Source of the DNA: a virus
Lineage: Duplodnaviria; Caudoviricetes
IMG/VR virus record: IMGVR_UViG_3300042507_002293
Coordinates: 1 to 31,053 of that record
Length of the DNA stretch: 31,053 bases
Direction: 5' to 3' (one strand)
Both the position numbers and the translations under genes were made by a program. This document shows positions 16,871 to 25,723 of this stretch, piece after piece. Numbering within the stretch: position 1 is the first letter of the stretch; each line of letters opens with the position of its first letter. A model generated the notes under the pieces. The model made no database searches. It saw only the letters and a program-made list of their open reading frames with translations, and was not told the origin of the DNA.

Positions 16871-17200
16871 TTAGGAAATCTCGCTTCCGAACGCTGAGAA
16901 CGACATGTCTGCTGAGGATGCGTAAACGCTAAGTACGTCTGTTGTGTCTAACGTAATACCTAAAGTTAGAAGAACAGAGTCAGAGGCTGCTACGGTTGCA
17001 CCGTAGACAATGTAGTGTTGGTTAGCAACCGATGCACCAGCAGGACGAACCGCAATTCGGTATGTGCCTGATGTTCCTGCACGATTGCAGATGGCAAGTG
17101 TTGACACCACCGCATCAGTTGATGAAGGGACTGTGTAAAGTGTGGTTAAGGTCGTTGCTGCGGGGGCTGACTGGCCCAAAACCTTGTAAATCGTTGGCAT
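16871..17200 (-). CDS. Small virion structural protein (fibre adaptor, beta-sandwich)
   Basis: AAGGAG SD; MPTIYKVLGQ...TLYTVP...FSAFGSEIS, a type recalled from fibre loci. Confidence 0.7.
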   Translation of the reverse strand: MPTIYKVLGQSAPAATTLTTLYTVPSSTDAVVSTLAICNRAGTSGTYRIAVRPAGASVANQHYIVYGATVAASDSVLLTLGITLDTTDVLSVYASSADMSFSAFGSEIS

Positions 17201-17299
17201 GAGACTCCTTAAGTAGCAGTATCAGTAAGGTACAGATAAATCCCTCACCTGTACGACTAAACAAGTAAAGGTTAGTTCGTATTTTGGGGATATGTGGGC

Positions 17300-17311
17300 T
17301 AAAGTGACCGC
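17300..17311 (+). promoter_or_regulatory. Putative leaderless promoter of the plus-strand cassette
   Basis: TAAAGT (TANNNT) exactly 6 nt before ATG 17312; no SD. Confidence 0.5.
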
Positions 17312-18313
17312 ATGAATTTGGTGCATAAATCGGTTTCTCAGGGCGGAAAACTAGCCCCCCTAATAGTCAAACATACCCTTCCTGACAATACTGGGATAAT
17401 GAACCCTAGCGTTTTTGTTGACAAGGACGGCGATATCCTGGTTAACCTTAGAATAGTTAATTACACCCTCTACATTTCAGAGGGTGACCAGAGGTTCTTT
17501 AGTCCTTGGGGGCCGCTAACTTACCTGCACCCTGAAAAAGACCAGCACCTACGAACTGTCAATTACCTATGCCGCCTTGACAACGACCTCAACATAATCA
17601 ACTCAACTCAAATAGAGATGCTTGAACTACATAAGCCTATTTGGGAGTTTGTTGGATTAGAAGACATTCGAGTTGTGCAATGGGACGACGACTATTACGC
17701 AGTAGGAGTTAGACGAGATACCACGACCAATGGTCAGGGTCGAATGGAATATAGTAAATTAACTATAGACAAAGATACCTGGTCTGTTAAAGAGGTCTCA
17801 CGCGTGCGCATACCCGCGCCCATGAACGAAGACACTTCTTATTGTGAAAAGAACTGGATGCCTGTTCTAGATAAACCGTATCACTTTGTTAAATGGACAA
17901 TGCCTACTGAAGTTGTGTGGGCAAACCCAAATGAGCCAGAATGCAAACAGGCGATAGTAAAAGAAACACCTACACCTCCAATTGACCAACGAGGAGGTTC
18001 TCATGTTGTTAAGTGGGGAGAGTTCTATATCTGCATTACTCACGAAGTTAAGTTGTGGAGAAACTACTTAAATCAAAAAGACTCCAGGTACAGACACAGG
18101 CTTGTGGTGTGGGACTCAGAGTTTAACTTCAAAGGACTTAGTAAAGAATTTGCATTTCTTGATACAGCCATTGAGTTCTGTGTAGGCGCTGCAATAAAAG
18201 ATGACAATCTTCTTGTTAGTTTTGGAGTTCAAGATAACTGTGCATTTATTCTTGAAGTTCCACAGAACGTTGTGAATGAGATGATTACGGAGGCTTTGTC
18301 TTATGGGGCTTAA
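17312..18313 (+). CDS. Five-bladed beta-propeller glycan-active enzyme (GH130/GT91/GT108-like fold)
   Basis: NPSV, GLEDIRVV, EKNWMP, RGGS, YRHR, IEFCVG motifs. Confidence 0.7.
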   Translation: MNLVHKSVSQGGKLAPLIVKHTLPDNTGIMNPSVFVDKDGDILVNLRIVNYTLYISEGDQRFFSPWGPLTYLHPEKDQHLRTVNYLCRLDNDLNIINSTQIEMLELHKPIWEFVGLEDIRVVQWDDDYYAVGVRRDTTTNGQGRMEYSKLTIDKDTWSVKEVSRVRIPAPMNEDTSYCEKNWMPVLDKPYHFVKWTMPTEVVWANPNEPECKQAIVKETPTPPIDQRGGSHVVKWGEFYICITHEVKLWRNYLNQKDSRYRHRLVVWDSEFNFKGLSKEFAFLDTAIEFCVGAAIKDDNLLVSFGVQDNCAFILEVPQNVVNEMITEALSYGA

Positions 18314-18863
18314 AGAACTTACAATTGACTTAGCATCAAACACTAAAAGTGTTGAAAAGAACTTTGCTTTGGCCGAAGAATATGAAAAACTAAAACAGCA
18401 CTCCTCTGCTGCTGGGTTCTTCTTACGAGCCGCAGACCTTGGGTACAAGACTAATCCGCTATTAACCTACACCTCTTTGATAAAGATGGCGCTGTGTTGG
18501 TCAAGACAACAAGACAGAAGCGCCACTGTTCTAAATACCTTGCATCATGCTATTGCGTTTATGCCAACAAGACCTGAAGCATACTTTGCACTTGCTCGTT
18601 ACTATCAATATAGAAAAGAATGGCAAAAGGCTTACACATTTGCAGAGTTAGGACTTCAGTTTACAGGTAACACTTTAAACAATCCACTTCCAGGTTGGAC
18701 TGAGTACTATGGCTCTTATTGTTTGTTATTTGAAAAAGCAGTGGCTAGTTGGTGGGTAGGACGTAAAGAAGAAAGTAAAGTTTTGTTTCAGCACCTGCTT
18801 GATGACCACAAAATGGCTCCAGAGTATGTCAACGGATGTCTAAACAATATGAGGTTATTTTAA
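18303..18863 (+). CDS. Tetratricopeptide-repeat protein
   Basis: FALAEEYE, AIAFMPTRPEAYFALARYY helical repeats; GGAGG SD. Confidence 0.8.
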   Translation: MGLKELTIDLASNTKSVEKNFALAEEYEKLKQHSSAAGFFLRAADLGYKTNPLLTYTSLIKMALCWSRQQDRSATVLNTLHHAIAFMPTRPEAYFALARYYQYRKEWQKAYTFAELGLQFTGNTLNNPLPGWTEYYGSYCLLFEKAVASWWVGRKEESKVLFQHLLDDHKMAPEYVNGCLNNMRLF

Positions 18864-19393
18864 TGTTTCCTAATTGGTTTAGAGATGTTGAAAAGTATTT
18901 TCGTCATGTTCCAACAACAGAGTTACGAGCACTTCAAGTAGGTGCTTACACAGGCGACGCTACCTTATGGCTTTTGAATAACCGCAACATAACTACTATT
19001 CACGATGTAGACACTTGGGGAGGAAGTCAAGAAAAGGCTCATGAAACATTAGACTTCACATCAGTTGAAGAATTCTATGATTCTAGAACATCAGACCTAA
19101 GAGTTGTAAAATGCAAAATGACCAGTGACGAGTTCTTTAGCATTAATGATAAGACCTTTAACTTTATCTACATTGATGGAGACCACACGGCTCTACAGAC
19201 TGCTCTAGATGGATTAAACGCCTTTAAAGTCCTAGAAAGCGGCGGAATAATGGCCTTTGACGACTACCTATGGAACTATGACGGAAACCCATTTAACGAG
19301 CCTAAAAGGGGCGTGGACGCCTTCCTAGCGGTATGCCAAGGACAGTACACACTCATCGAATCTGGTTATCAGGTTTGGATTAAAAAGTGCTGA
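18863..19393 (+). CDS. Class I SAM-dependent methyltransferase (Methyltransf_24-like)
   Basis: LQVGAYTG, VDTWGGS, FIYIDGDH, GGIMAFDDY. Start moved to ATG 18863 (TAATG, GAGG SD). Confidence 0.88.
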   Translation: MFPNWFRDVEKYFRHVPTTELRALQVGAYTGDATLWLLNNRNITTIHDVDTWGGSQEKAHETLDFTSVEEFYDSRTSDLRVVKCKMTSDEFFSINDKTFNFIYIDGDHTALQTALDGLNAFKVLESGGIMAFDDYLWNYDGNPFNEPKRGVDAFLAVCQGQYTLIESGYQVWIKKC

Positions 19394-20127
19394 GCAACGC
19401 TACCTTTGAAGTCTTTCATACGGATACTGGAAATGAAGTAAGGAACCGTTCTTATGAGGGCATTTTAAAGAGAATGTCTTTTTTGCCACGTCTTGGTTCA
19501 CCAACAATGTACTTAAACACAGCAGATAAAGCAGAGGACTTTATAAATGAACATCCTGAGTTTAAGGTTAACACCGTATACGACTACGCACAGCCAGGTG
19601 AGACCTTTCCTCCAAGCGCAGGAGTTGTCGGTGTTTGGGCAAGCAACTGGATGGCTTACAAAACGTTTCTAGAAACAGACAAGGATGTACTCCTCATATT
19701 TGAGGATGACATTGTGTTAAGTAAAAACTTTGAAACTATTACAAACTTTTATATGCAAGAACTTTTGCCTACTTGGGATTTCTTTTCACTTTTTGTTCCT
19801 GATGATTCTTTGTTTGCGTACAAACCAGAAGAACACGACATCTACGAAGAACACGTCTGCAAGTCATACCAACAATGGTCCTGTGCAGCCTATGCAGTCA
19901 GTAGACGTGGAGCAGAAAAAGCACTAAAAGACATCGCTACACGTGGGATTACAGCGCCCGTAGATTGGTATGTGTTTAACTTCAGAATGAAGCAAGAGCA
20001 GGACCAGATGCGGTTTGCAACTTACACACTAAAGCCAGAGGTGTATCAGCCAGTTAAACTGTTGCTAGAAGCAGCAGTACATAGCCAAATACATCGTGGC
20101 AGTACTGAGTTGTTACATGCCACCTAG
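19387..20127 (+). CDS. Glycosyltransferase, GT25-like
   Basis: GVVGVWASN, LLIFEDDI, AAYAVSRRGAEK, PVDW motifs. Confidence 0.8.
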   Translation: MLSNATFEVFHTDTGNEVRNRSYEGILKRMSFLPRLGSPTMYLNTADKAEDFINEHPEFKVNTVYDYAQPGETFPPSAGVVGVWASNWMAYKTFLETDKDVLLIFEDDIVLSKNFETITNFYMQELLPTWDFFSLFVPDDSLFAYKPEEHDIYEEHVCKSYQQWSCAAYAVSRRGAEKALKDIATRGITAPVDWYVFNFRMKQEQDQMRFATYTLKPEVYQPVKLLLEAAVHSQIHRGSTELLHAT

Positions 20128-21243
20128 CATTAGAACGTCAGAAACTGTCGCACTTCCTGAAGGCGATGTACCCGCAGTTCCTTGAGTACCAGTATCGCCA
20201 GTAGCACCTTGAATTCCCTGTGTACCTTGTACTCCTTGAATACCTTCTCCCAGAGCACCTTGAGCACCAAGAGTTCCCTGAGTTCCCTGTGTACCTTGGG
20301 CTCCAGTGTCTCCTTTATCACCAACACGGGCAAAGGTAACGTAAAGATTGTCATTGTTTACAACTGAAAGAGTTCCAGTTACGTGTGCGACAGGAACGCT
20401 GAAGTATGCTCCACCGCTCTCGTGCGTGTGCGCACCTGTAACTTGGAAGAAAGCAAAACTACTTGGGTCGCCAACTTTAGTAAATTTGATAGTTGCTTTA
20501 ATTCCAGATGTTGAGTCATCGATAGTCTGTAGCAACTGAGTAATGTCATTTGAATTGAAATCGACATTGTCAATATACAAAGCAGTAGCACTAGAGATAG
20601 TGCTTTGGTTAAACTTAAGGTTACCGCTGCCTGGGTCAGTGTTTCCTGTATCAGTTAAGAAGTTGTATTCGTGGGTTTCTCCACCAAAGTTACCTGTAGC
20701 ACCTTGCGCACCTAAAGTTCCTTGTACGCCTTGAGTACCCTGGGTTCCTTGTGTACCTTGGGTTCCTTGAGTTCCCTGCGTGCCTTGAGCACCCTCTGTA
20801 CCCTGCGTACCCTGAGTTCCCTGAACACCAAGAGTGCCTTGCGTGCCTTGGGTTCCTTGAGAACCAATCTCACCTTGTACACCTTGTGTACCTTGAGCAC
20901 CAGTTTCACCAAGAACTCCCTGAGTTCCCTGAGTTCCCTGAGTTCCTTGGGTTCCTTGAGTTCCTTCGGTGCCCTGTGTACCTTGAGTTCCTTGAGAGCC
21001 TAGAGTTCCCTGTACACCTTGAACGCCTTGGGCACCAACAGTGCCTTGGACGCCCTGAGCGCCAGTAGTTCCTTGAAGACCTTGAAGTCCACCATAACCA
21101 AGTGAGTTCCAGGCAGTGCTGCCGTTACCTATCTTGATTTTCTGTGTGTCGGTCTCAATACCGACTTCACCAGCGGCAAGAGTTGGGTTATTGACGAACC
21201 ACTCATTTTCGGTACCACGTCGTAGTTGTATGCGTACTGCCAT
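20113..21243 (-). CDS. Collagen-like fibre protein with Mtd-N/hyaluronidase-N-type domain
   Basis: RIQLRRGT..EW...NPTLAAGEVGIETDT.KIKIGNG..AWNSL N-terminus; two Gly-X-Y blocks around a globular domain. Confidence 0.85.
   Translation of the reverse strand: MAVRIQLRRGTENEWFVNNPTLAAGEVGIETDTQKIKIGNGSTAWNSLGYGGLQGLQGTTGAQGVQGTVGAQGVQGVQGTLGSQGTQGTQGTEGTQGTQGTQGTQGTQGVLGETGAQGTQGVQGEIGSQGTQGTQGTLGVQGTQGTQGTEGAQGTQGTQGTQGTQGTQGTQGVQGTLGAQGATGNFGGETHEYNFLTDTGNTDPGSGNLKFNQSTISSATALYIDNVDFNSNDITQLLQTIDDSTSGIKATIKFTKVGDPSSFAFFQVTGAHTHESGGAYFSVPVAHVTGTLSVVNNDNLYVTFARVGDKGDTGAQGTQGTQGTLGAQGALGEGIQGVQGTQGIQGATGDTGTQGTAGTSPSGSATVSDVLMLGGM
20170..20322 (-). repeat. Collagen Gly-X-Y repeat block
   Basis: GTQ/GAQ/GIQ triplets with one interruption. 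Confidence 0.9.
20692..21090 (-). repeat. Collagen Gly-X-Y repeat block (about 44 triplets)
   Basis: 9-bp periodic repeats, e.g. CCCTGAGTT on the plus strand. Confidence 0.95.
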
Positions 21244-21244
21244 G

Positions 21245-21529
21245 TTATAGAGTCACTCCTCCACCATCGTAGGAACTTGTGTAAGCGTCGCTTCCAGCGT
21301 TTTCATCTCCGCCTTCTGCAGTTGTATCGTAGGTATCAGAGCCAGCGGCTTCATTACCGCCTTCAATAAGGTCTGCATCAGCAATAGGAACTAGTTGAAG
21401 CCAAGAAACGCCATCAAAAGCATACAGACGACGCTCATCTGTGTTCCAGTAAAGGTCTCCTGGATATTTTCCAAGGGGAATGTTCTCGGTTGCGAAAACA
21501 TTTACTGGAACTAAGGCTTTTTTACTCAT
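21245..21529 (-). CDS. Small fibre connector protein
   Basis: GDLYWNTD..RLYAFDG.SW module plus an acidic tail with repeated (E/D)GG; TAATG-coupled. Confidence 0.7.
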   Translation of the reverse strand: MSKKALVPVNVFATENIPLGKYPGDLYWNTDERRLYAFDGVSWLQLVPIADADLIEGGNEAAGSDTYDTTAEGGDENAGSDAYTSSYDGGGVTL

Positions 21530-24210
21530 TATCCAATAACCGCCACGACGTAAGAGTCAGTTGTTGGGGCTTCTGCAAACTTTACAGTGACTGTGTTAGT
21601 TGTTGATTTTTCAACATCTACAACAACTTCCTCATAGTTTGCAGCGGCGTTGTATACAGAGACAAGTACACCACGTGTTCCAAAGTTGTGTGTAATTGTG
21701 AACGATGTCGCACTGTTATCGCCGATTGTTGTTGTGTACTTACGAGCAACTGTGGTTGTGTCAATTGCAACGTCATCAGAGTTGGCTACGATACCTGTGC
21801 CAGCACCAACGTTAAATGTTGTGCCAGTTTGAGTTAAACCGTTTCCAGCAGTGAAGGCGCCTGCGCCTGAGAACTGTGTAAAGATTAAATTTGTAGAGTT
21901 AAGGGTAATAGTCTCATTTGTTGAGAGAACCCAACCAGTGTCTGCTTGTCCACCTTCTTCTACGAAGGTAAAGAGACCTGCAGTTACTTCACCAGTCTCG
22001 TTGGCATCTTCTGCACGAACAAGTACCCAAGCGGTTGAGCCAGAGCCCTTGTGGAAGACAGAGTAAATACCGTGGTAAGCACGATTTCCACCAGACTCAT
22101 TCTTTACAAGAACTCGTTCGTTGTCTTCTAGTGCAACAGAGTCAACTGATAGAGCGGCATTTGCGTTAGCAGTGAGTGTTCCACCATTAGCACTGGTGTA
22201 GGTGTACGCAGGAAGTGCTGAGGCTGTTGCTGCTCGTACAGACTCTTTAACATCAAGTCCTTGAGCAACGCCATCTACGTAATCCTTTGTAGCAATAACT
22301 GATGTATCTACATCAATTGTGAAAGTCTGTTGAGCGCCATTGTAGGTGGTGTTAATACCTGTTCCATCAACAACCACTGTTTGCAGAGCATCGTTTACAC
22401 GCTGTACTGAGAAGTATAGGTTTGTGGAACCTTCTGGAACATCATCAGTATCAGCAATTGTTGCTGTGATATCGCTAGTAAGAGCAATAGTTCCTGATGC
22501 ATCTGGAAGACTGATAGCGTTATTGGCAGTTGGAGTAACTGCATTTAATGTTGTTGTGAACTGAGCGCCTTCAAAGTCTGCGCCAGTAGTTGCAGAGAAG
22601 GCATCAAACTTAACTTCATCGCCAGTCTTACTTAGTGCATAACCAGCAGTGATTGGGTCAGTTGTACCTGTAGCACCCTGTGTACCTTGAGTACCCTGGG
22701 CTCCAAGAGTTCCCTGAGTTCCCTGGGCACCGACTGTACCTTGTGTACCTTGCGCACCATTTGCACCGTCTAGACCCTGGATACCGTCTGTACCCTGAGT
22801 TCCCTGTGTACCTTGGCTTCCTTCAGTACCCTGTGCACCCTCAGTTCCTTGGGCACCATCAAGACCTTGAATACCGTCTGTACCTTGAGTGCCTTGAACT
22901 CCCTGGGTTCCTTGTACACCCTGAACGCCTTGCTGTCCTTCGACGCCTTGGGCTCCTTCGGTACCTTGAGTGCCCTGAGCACCTTCAGTTCCTTGAGTAC
23001 CCTGTTGTCCTTCAGTACCTTGAACTCCCTGTGCACCTTCTGTACCTTGAGCGCCCTCTGTACCTTGAGCACCTTCTGCTCCCTGAGCACCTGTAGTGCC
23101 CTGTACGCCTTGAGCACCCGTTGTACCTTGGGCTCCAGTGTCGCCCTTGTCACCGACACGAGCAAATGTGATGTACACATTGGTGTCGTTAGTAAACGAA
23201 GATACAGTACCTGTTACGTAGGCAATAGGAATGGAGTGCCAAGTTCCGCTGTCAGTGCTTGTTCCAACAATCTGGAAGAATAAGTACTGTGAAGAGTTTG
23301 CTGTGTTTGTAAGTTTAAAAGTTCCTTTGATGCCTGATGTTGAGTCATCGATTGTTGCAATCAACTGACCAATGTCATTGGAGTTAAAGTCAACATCATC
23401 AATATAAAGTTCTGTAGCAGAAGTTAATGTTGTAGTGTCAAACGCTACATTGCCTGAACCTGGGTCTTGTTCAGTGGTGCTTGTTATGTAATTGTATTCG
23501 TGGGTTTCTCCACCAAAAGAACCAGTAGCACCTTGAGTACCTTCTGTACCTTGTGTTCCTTGTGTGCCTTGTGTTCCTTGTGTGCCTTCTGCACCTTGCG
23601 CACCTTCGGTACCCTGTGAACCTACAGTGCCTTGTGCACCTTCAGTGCCTTGAGTTCCCTGTGCACCTTCAGTGCCTTGAGTTCCTTGAGAGCCTTCCGT
23701 ACCTTGTACGCCTTGTGTACCAAGAGTTCCTTGAGTTCCCTGAGTTCCTTGAGTACCTTGTACGCCTTGCTGTCCTTCAACACCCTGAGTACCTTGTGTA
23801 CCCTGCGTTCCATTAGTTCCATCTAAACCTTGAGCACCCTCAGTTCCTTGCGAACCAACAGTTCCTTGCGTACCTTGTGTTCCAACTGTTCCCTGTGTTC
23901 CTTGAGCACCGACAGTTCCCTGTGCACCTTGCGTACCATTTGCACCATCAAGACCCTGTGCACCTGCTGTTCCTTGTGCACCCTGTGCACCTGTATCGCC
24001 AGTAGCGCCCTGTGTACCTTGCGTACCTTGCGCACCAGCACTTGTGCTAACCCATGCACTTCCGTTCCAAACACGAAGAAACCCAAGAACAGTATCAAAA
24101 TAGATTTGACCAACTACTGGTGTGGATGGAGCAGTTGCTAAGTTCTGAATTCGAGCATTCTGAAGTTCTAACTTAGTTAAGTCAATAGGGGTTAAGTACT
24201 TACGTGCCAC
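21529..24210 (-). CDS. Large collagen-like fibre protein (893 aa)
   Basis: GGAG SD plus GTG; two long Gly-X-Y blocks; TDDVPEGSTNLYF, ATKDYVD..AQGLDVKESVRAAT and RVLVKNE fibre motifs; C-terminal THNFG domain. Confidence 0.88.
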   Translation of the reverse strand: MARKYLTPIDLTKLELQNARIQNLATAPSTPVVGQIYFDTVLGFLRVWNGSAWVSTSAGAQGTQGTQGATGDTGAQGAQGTAGAQGLDGANGTQGAQGTVGAQGTQGTVGTQGTQGTVGSQGTEGAQGLDGTNGTQGTQGTQGVEGQQGVQGTQGTQGTQGTLGTQGVQGTEGSQGTQGTEGAQGTQGTEGAQGTVGSQGTEGAQGAEGTQGTQGTQGTQGTEGTQGATGSFGGETHEYNYITSTTEQDPGSGNVAFDTTTLTSATELYIDDVDFNSNDIGQLIATIDDSTSGIKGTFKLTNTANSSQYLFFQIVGTSTDSGTWHSIPIAYVTGTVSSFTNDTNVYITFARVGDKGDTGAQGTTGAQGVQGTTGAQGAEGAQGTEGAQGTEGAQGVQGTEGQQGTQGTEGAQGTQGTEGAQGVEGQQGVQGVQGTQGVQGTQGTDGIQGLDGAQGTEGAQGTEGSQGTQGTQGTDGIQGLDGANGAQGTQGTVGAQGTQGTLGAQGTQGTQGATGTTDPITAGYALSKTGDEVKFDAFSATTGADFEGAQFTTTLNAVTPTANNAISLPDASGTIALTSDITATIADTDDVPEGSTNLYFSVQRVNDALQTVVVDGTGINTTYNGAQQTFTIDVDTSVIATKDYVDGVAQGLDVKESVRAATASALPAYTYTSANGGTLTANANAALSVDSVALEDNERVLVKNESGGNRAYHGIYSVFHKGSGSTAWVLVRAEDANETGEVTAGLFTFVEEGGQADTGWVLSTNETITLNSTNLIFTQFSGAGAFTAGNGLTQTGTTFNVGAGTGIVANSDDVAIDTTTVARKYTTTIGDNSATSFTITHNFGTRGVLVSVYNAAANYEEVVVDVEKSTTNTVTVKFAEAPTTDSYVVAVIG
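22666..23154 (-). repeat. Collagen Gly-X-Y repeat block (about 54 triplets)
   Basis: GAQ/GTE/GTQ/GVQ triplets. Confidence 0.95.
23521..24036 (-). repeat. Collagen Gly-X-Y repeat block (about 57 triplets)
   Basis: GTQ/GAQ/GTE triplets. Confidence 0.95.
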
Positions 24211-24221
24211 TCAGGGTCTCC

Positions 24222-24539
24222 TTAAGATAGGTAGGCTTTGCCACTAAAGGCTGCCGAAAAGGTAAGAACAACTTGATTCCGAGTGGTGTACGAGATTTCG
24301 CCCTCGACGATTGTACCTGCAGAATCCAAAACTGTAACGTTAGGATAGAAGTCAAGATTGTGATTTATTGTCCAAGTAGCGCTAGAGGTTCCCTGGGTGT
24401 GGGCGTAGGCCAGGTCTGGGACTACTACTTCTGAGGTTCCTGGGGTTCCGTAAGAAACGGTTCCAGAAGGCGTGGTTATGCTAATGACGTCATTTACATA
24501 CGTCGTTGAGTTAGCACCTGGTCTTACATATTGGCTCAT
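24222..24539 (-). CDS. Small fibre anchor protein (NHNL beta domain)
   Basis: HTQ..SSATWTINHNL...PNVTVLDSAG...LTFSAAFSGKAYLS. Confidence 0.7.
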   Translation of the reverse strand: MSQYVRPGANSTTYVNDVISITTPSGTVSYGTPGTSEVVVPDLAYAHTQGTSSATWTINHNLDFYPNVTVLDSAGTIVEGEISYTTRNQVVLTFSAAFSGKAYLS

Positions 24540-25600
24540 GGAGTAGTCACCTCTTTAGTTACAAAGATTTTACCTGTTACGTAGGTCTTTGTAACGCCAT
24601 TTGCATCCACCATTTGAATGTCGTAGTAGCACGTATTTGGAAGAAGTCTAGTCTGCGATTCGTTGAGGTCCAACTGTAGAGTACGAATTCCTGCTCCGTC
24701 TCCTGTGCCTACATCTGGTTTTGTAACTGCAAAGGAGGTTATTAGCGCTGAACTTCCTGGCATCCGTCTAATCTCAGACGTTGCAGTATAGGTGTCAAGT
24801 TCAAAATCAAATACAACGTTGAAGGTGTAATCGTCGCCTTCATAAATGTAGAGGTCTTGAATAATTGCTGTAACTTCTGGTTGTACTCCTCCATAAGTAG
24901 GAATGGGTACATATACACGAATTGGAGTAGACCTATCATCAATTTCCATTGGTTGATAAATTGGAACATAACGATTAGTAGTTTTAGAAATTCGACGTAC
25001 ACTGAACACGTCAATTTTGTACATACCAATACCAAGTTGTGAACACAATTCGCGGTACTGTGCTTGACGAGCCTGAGCCATTTGCATTAACTGTTGATAA
25101 CGTTCAGAACGAGGAATGGTTACACCGTCTGGTGCAAATACGTTGATATCAAATGCTGCATCATTTGCTAATGCATAGAGCGCTAATACCGATGCATGTA
25201 CAACTACTGGATACTCTTCAACTCCAGGAAGATTAGCGATAGTCATCGTGCGCCCAAACGAGTCTGTGTGGTTTAGTGAGTGTTCTGCAAAAGCAGTGGA
25301 AACATAGTGTTCAACTTCTCTAGAGGTAAAATATTTAAAGTAGTTTCCAGCAACAATAATGTCGTCACCTTCTGCTGGCACAGTATCAAGAACTATGTAA
25401 CCAGTTGCTTCCTCAACTTCAGCATCATCAGATATGTTGTTACCATTTTTGGTAATTATTAAGTTGGCTCCATCTAATGGAGAGTATGGGACTAAAAATC
25501 GATTTGTAGTTCCGTCTGCTGTAAAGGTGTACACAAAAGACTTGGGTATATCGCCAATTTCATAGCGCAGCCTGTCAGCCAGGACTGAAAGTGTAGCCAC
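24536..25600 (-). CDS. Head-tail adaptor with C-terminal BppU/Ig-like domain
   Basis: Start reassigned to GTG 25600 (GGAGG SD). LADRLRYEIGD and YFTSREV adaptor-like motifs; C-terminal DLYIYEGDDY...YYDIQM...YVTGKIFV..EVT. Confidence 0.65.
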   Translation of the reverse strand: MATLSVLADRLRYEIGDIPKSFVYTFTADGTTNRFLVPYSPLDGANLIITKNGNNISDDAEVEEATGYIVLDTVPAEGDDIIVAGNYFKYFTSREVEHYVSTAFAEHSLNHTDSFGRTMTIANLPGVEEYPVVVHASVLALYALANDAAFDINVFAPDGVTIPRSERYQQLMQMAQARQAQYRELCSQLGIGMYKIDVFSVRRISKTTNRYVPIYQPMEIDDRSTPIRVYVPIPTYGGVQPEVTAIIQDLYIYEGDDYTFNVVFDFELDTYTATSEIRRMPGSSALITSFAVTKPDVGTGDGAGIRTLQLDLNESQTRLLPNTCYYDIQMVDANGVTKTYVTGKIFVTKEVTTP

Positions 25601-25656
25601 GGAACCTCCAAAACTAGGTGTGGCAATTCTCTCCTGTAATTGCCAAATACACAGCG

Positions 25657-25710
25657 CAAAAGGCCCAACCCCCAACTGGGAGGAGGGCGGGAACCAGTTG
25701 AGGGTCGGAC
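25657..25710 (-). terminator. Intrinsic terminator-like hairpin after the capsid operon
   Basis: GTCCGACCCTCAACTGG / CCAGTTGGGGGTTGGGC 17-bp stem (G-U pairs work on the minus strand), then CTTTTG. Confidence 0.7.
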
Positions 25711-25723
25711 TACTTGTGACGGC

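Noticed and set aside
20113-21243. Diversity-generating retroelement suggested by the Mtd-N-like domain
   Set aside because: No reverse transcriptase and no TR/VR pair differing only at adenines in the window; this N-terminal domain is common in ordinary fibres
20692-24036. Repeat blocks as a CRISPR array or satellite
   Set aside because: No constant repeat with unique spacers; repeats are in-frame Gly-X-Y codons with synonymous variation
20130-24141. Many alternative-frame and antisense ORFs (LSSLCT-, PEF-, KVHRE-type) over the collagen genes
   Set aside because: By-products of 9-bp collagen periodicity lacking stops in other frames; no SDs
25601-25675. N-terminal extension of the adaptor ORF given in the track (start 25675)
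   Set aside because: Runs through a terminator hairpin; GTG at 25600 has a well-spaced GGAGG
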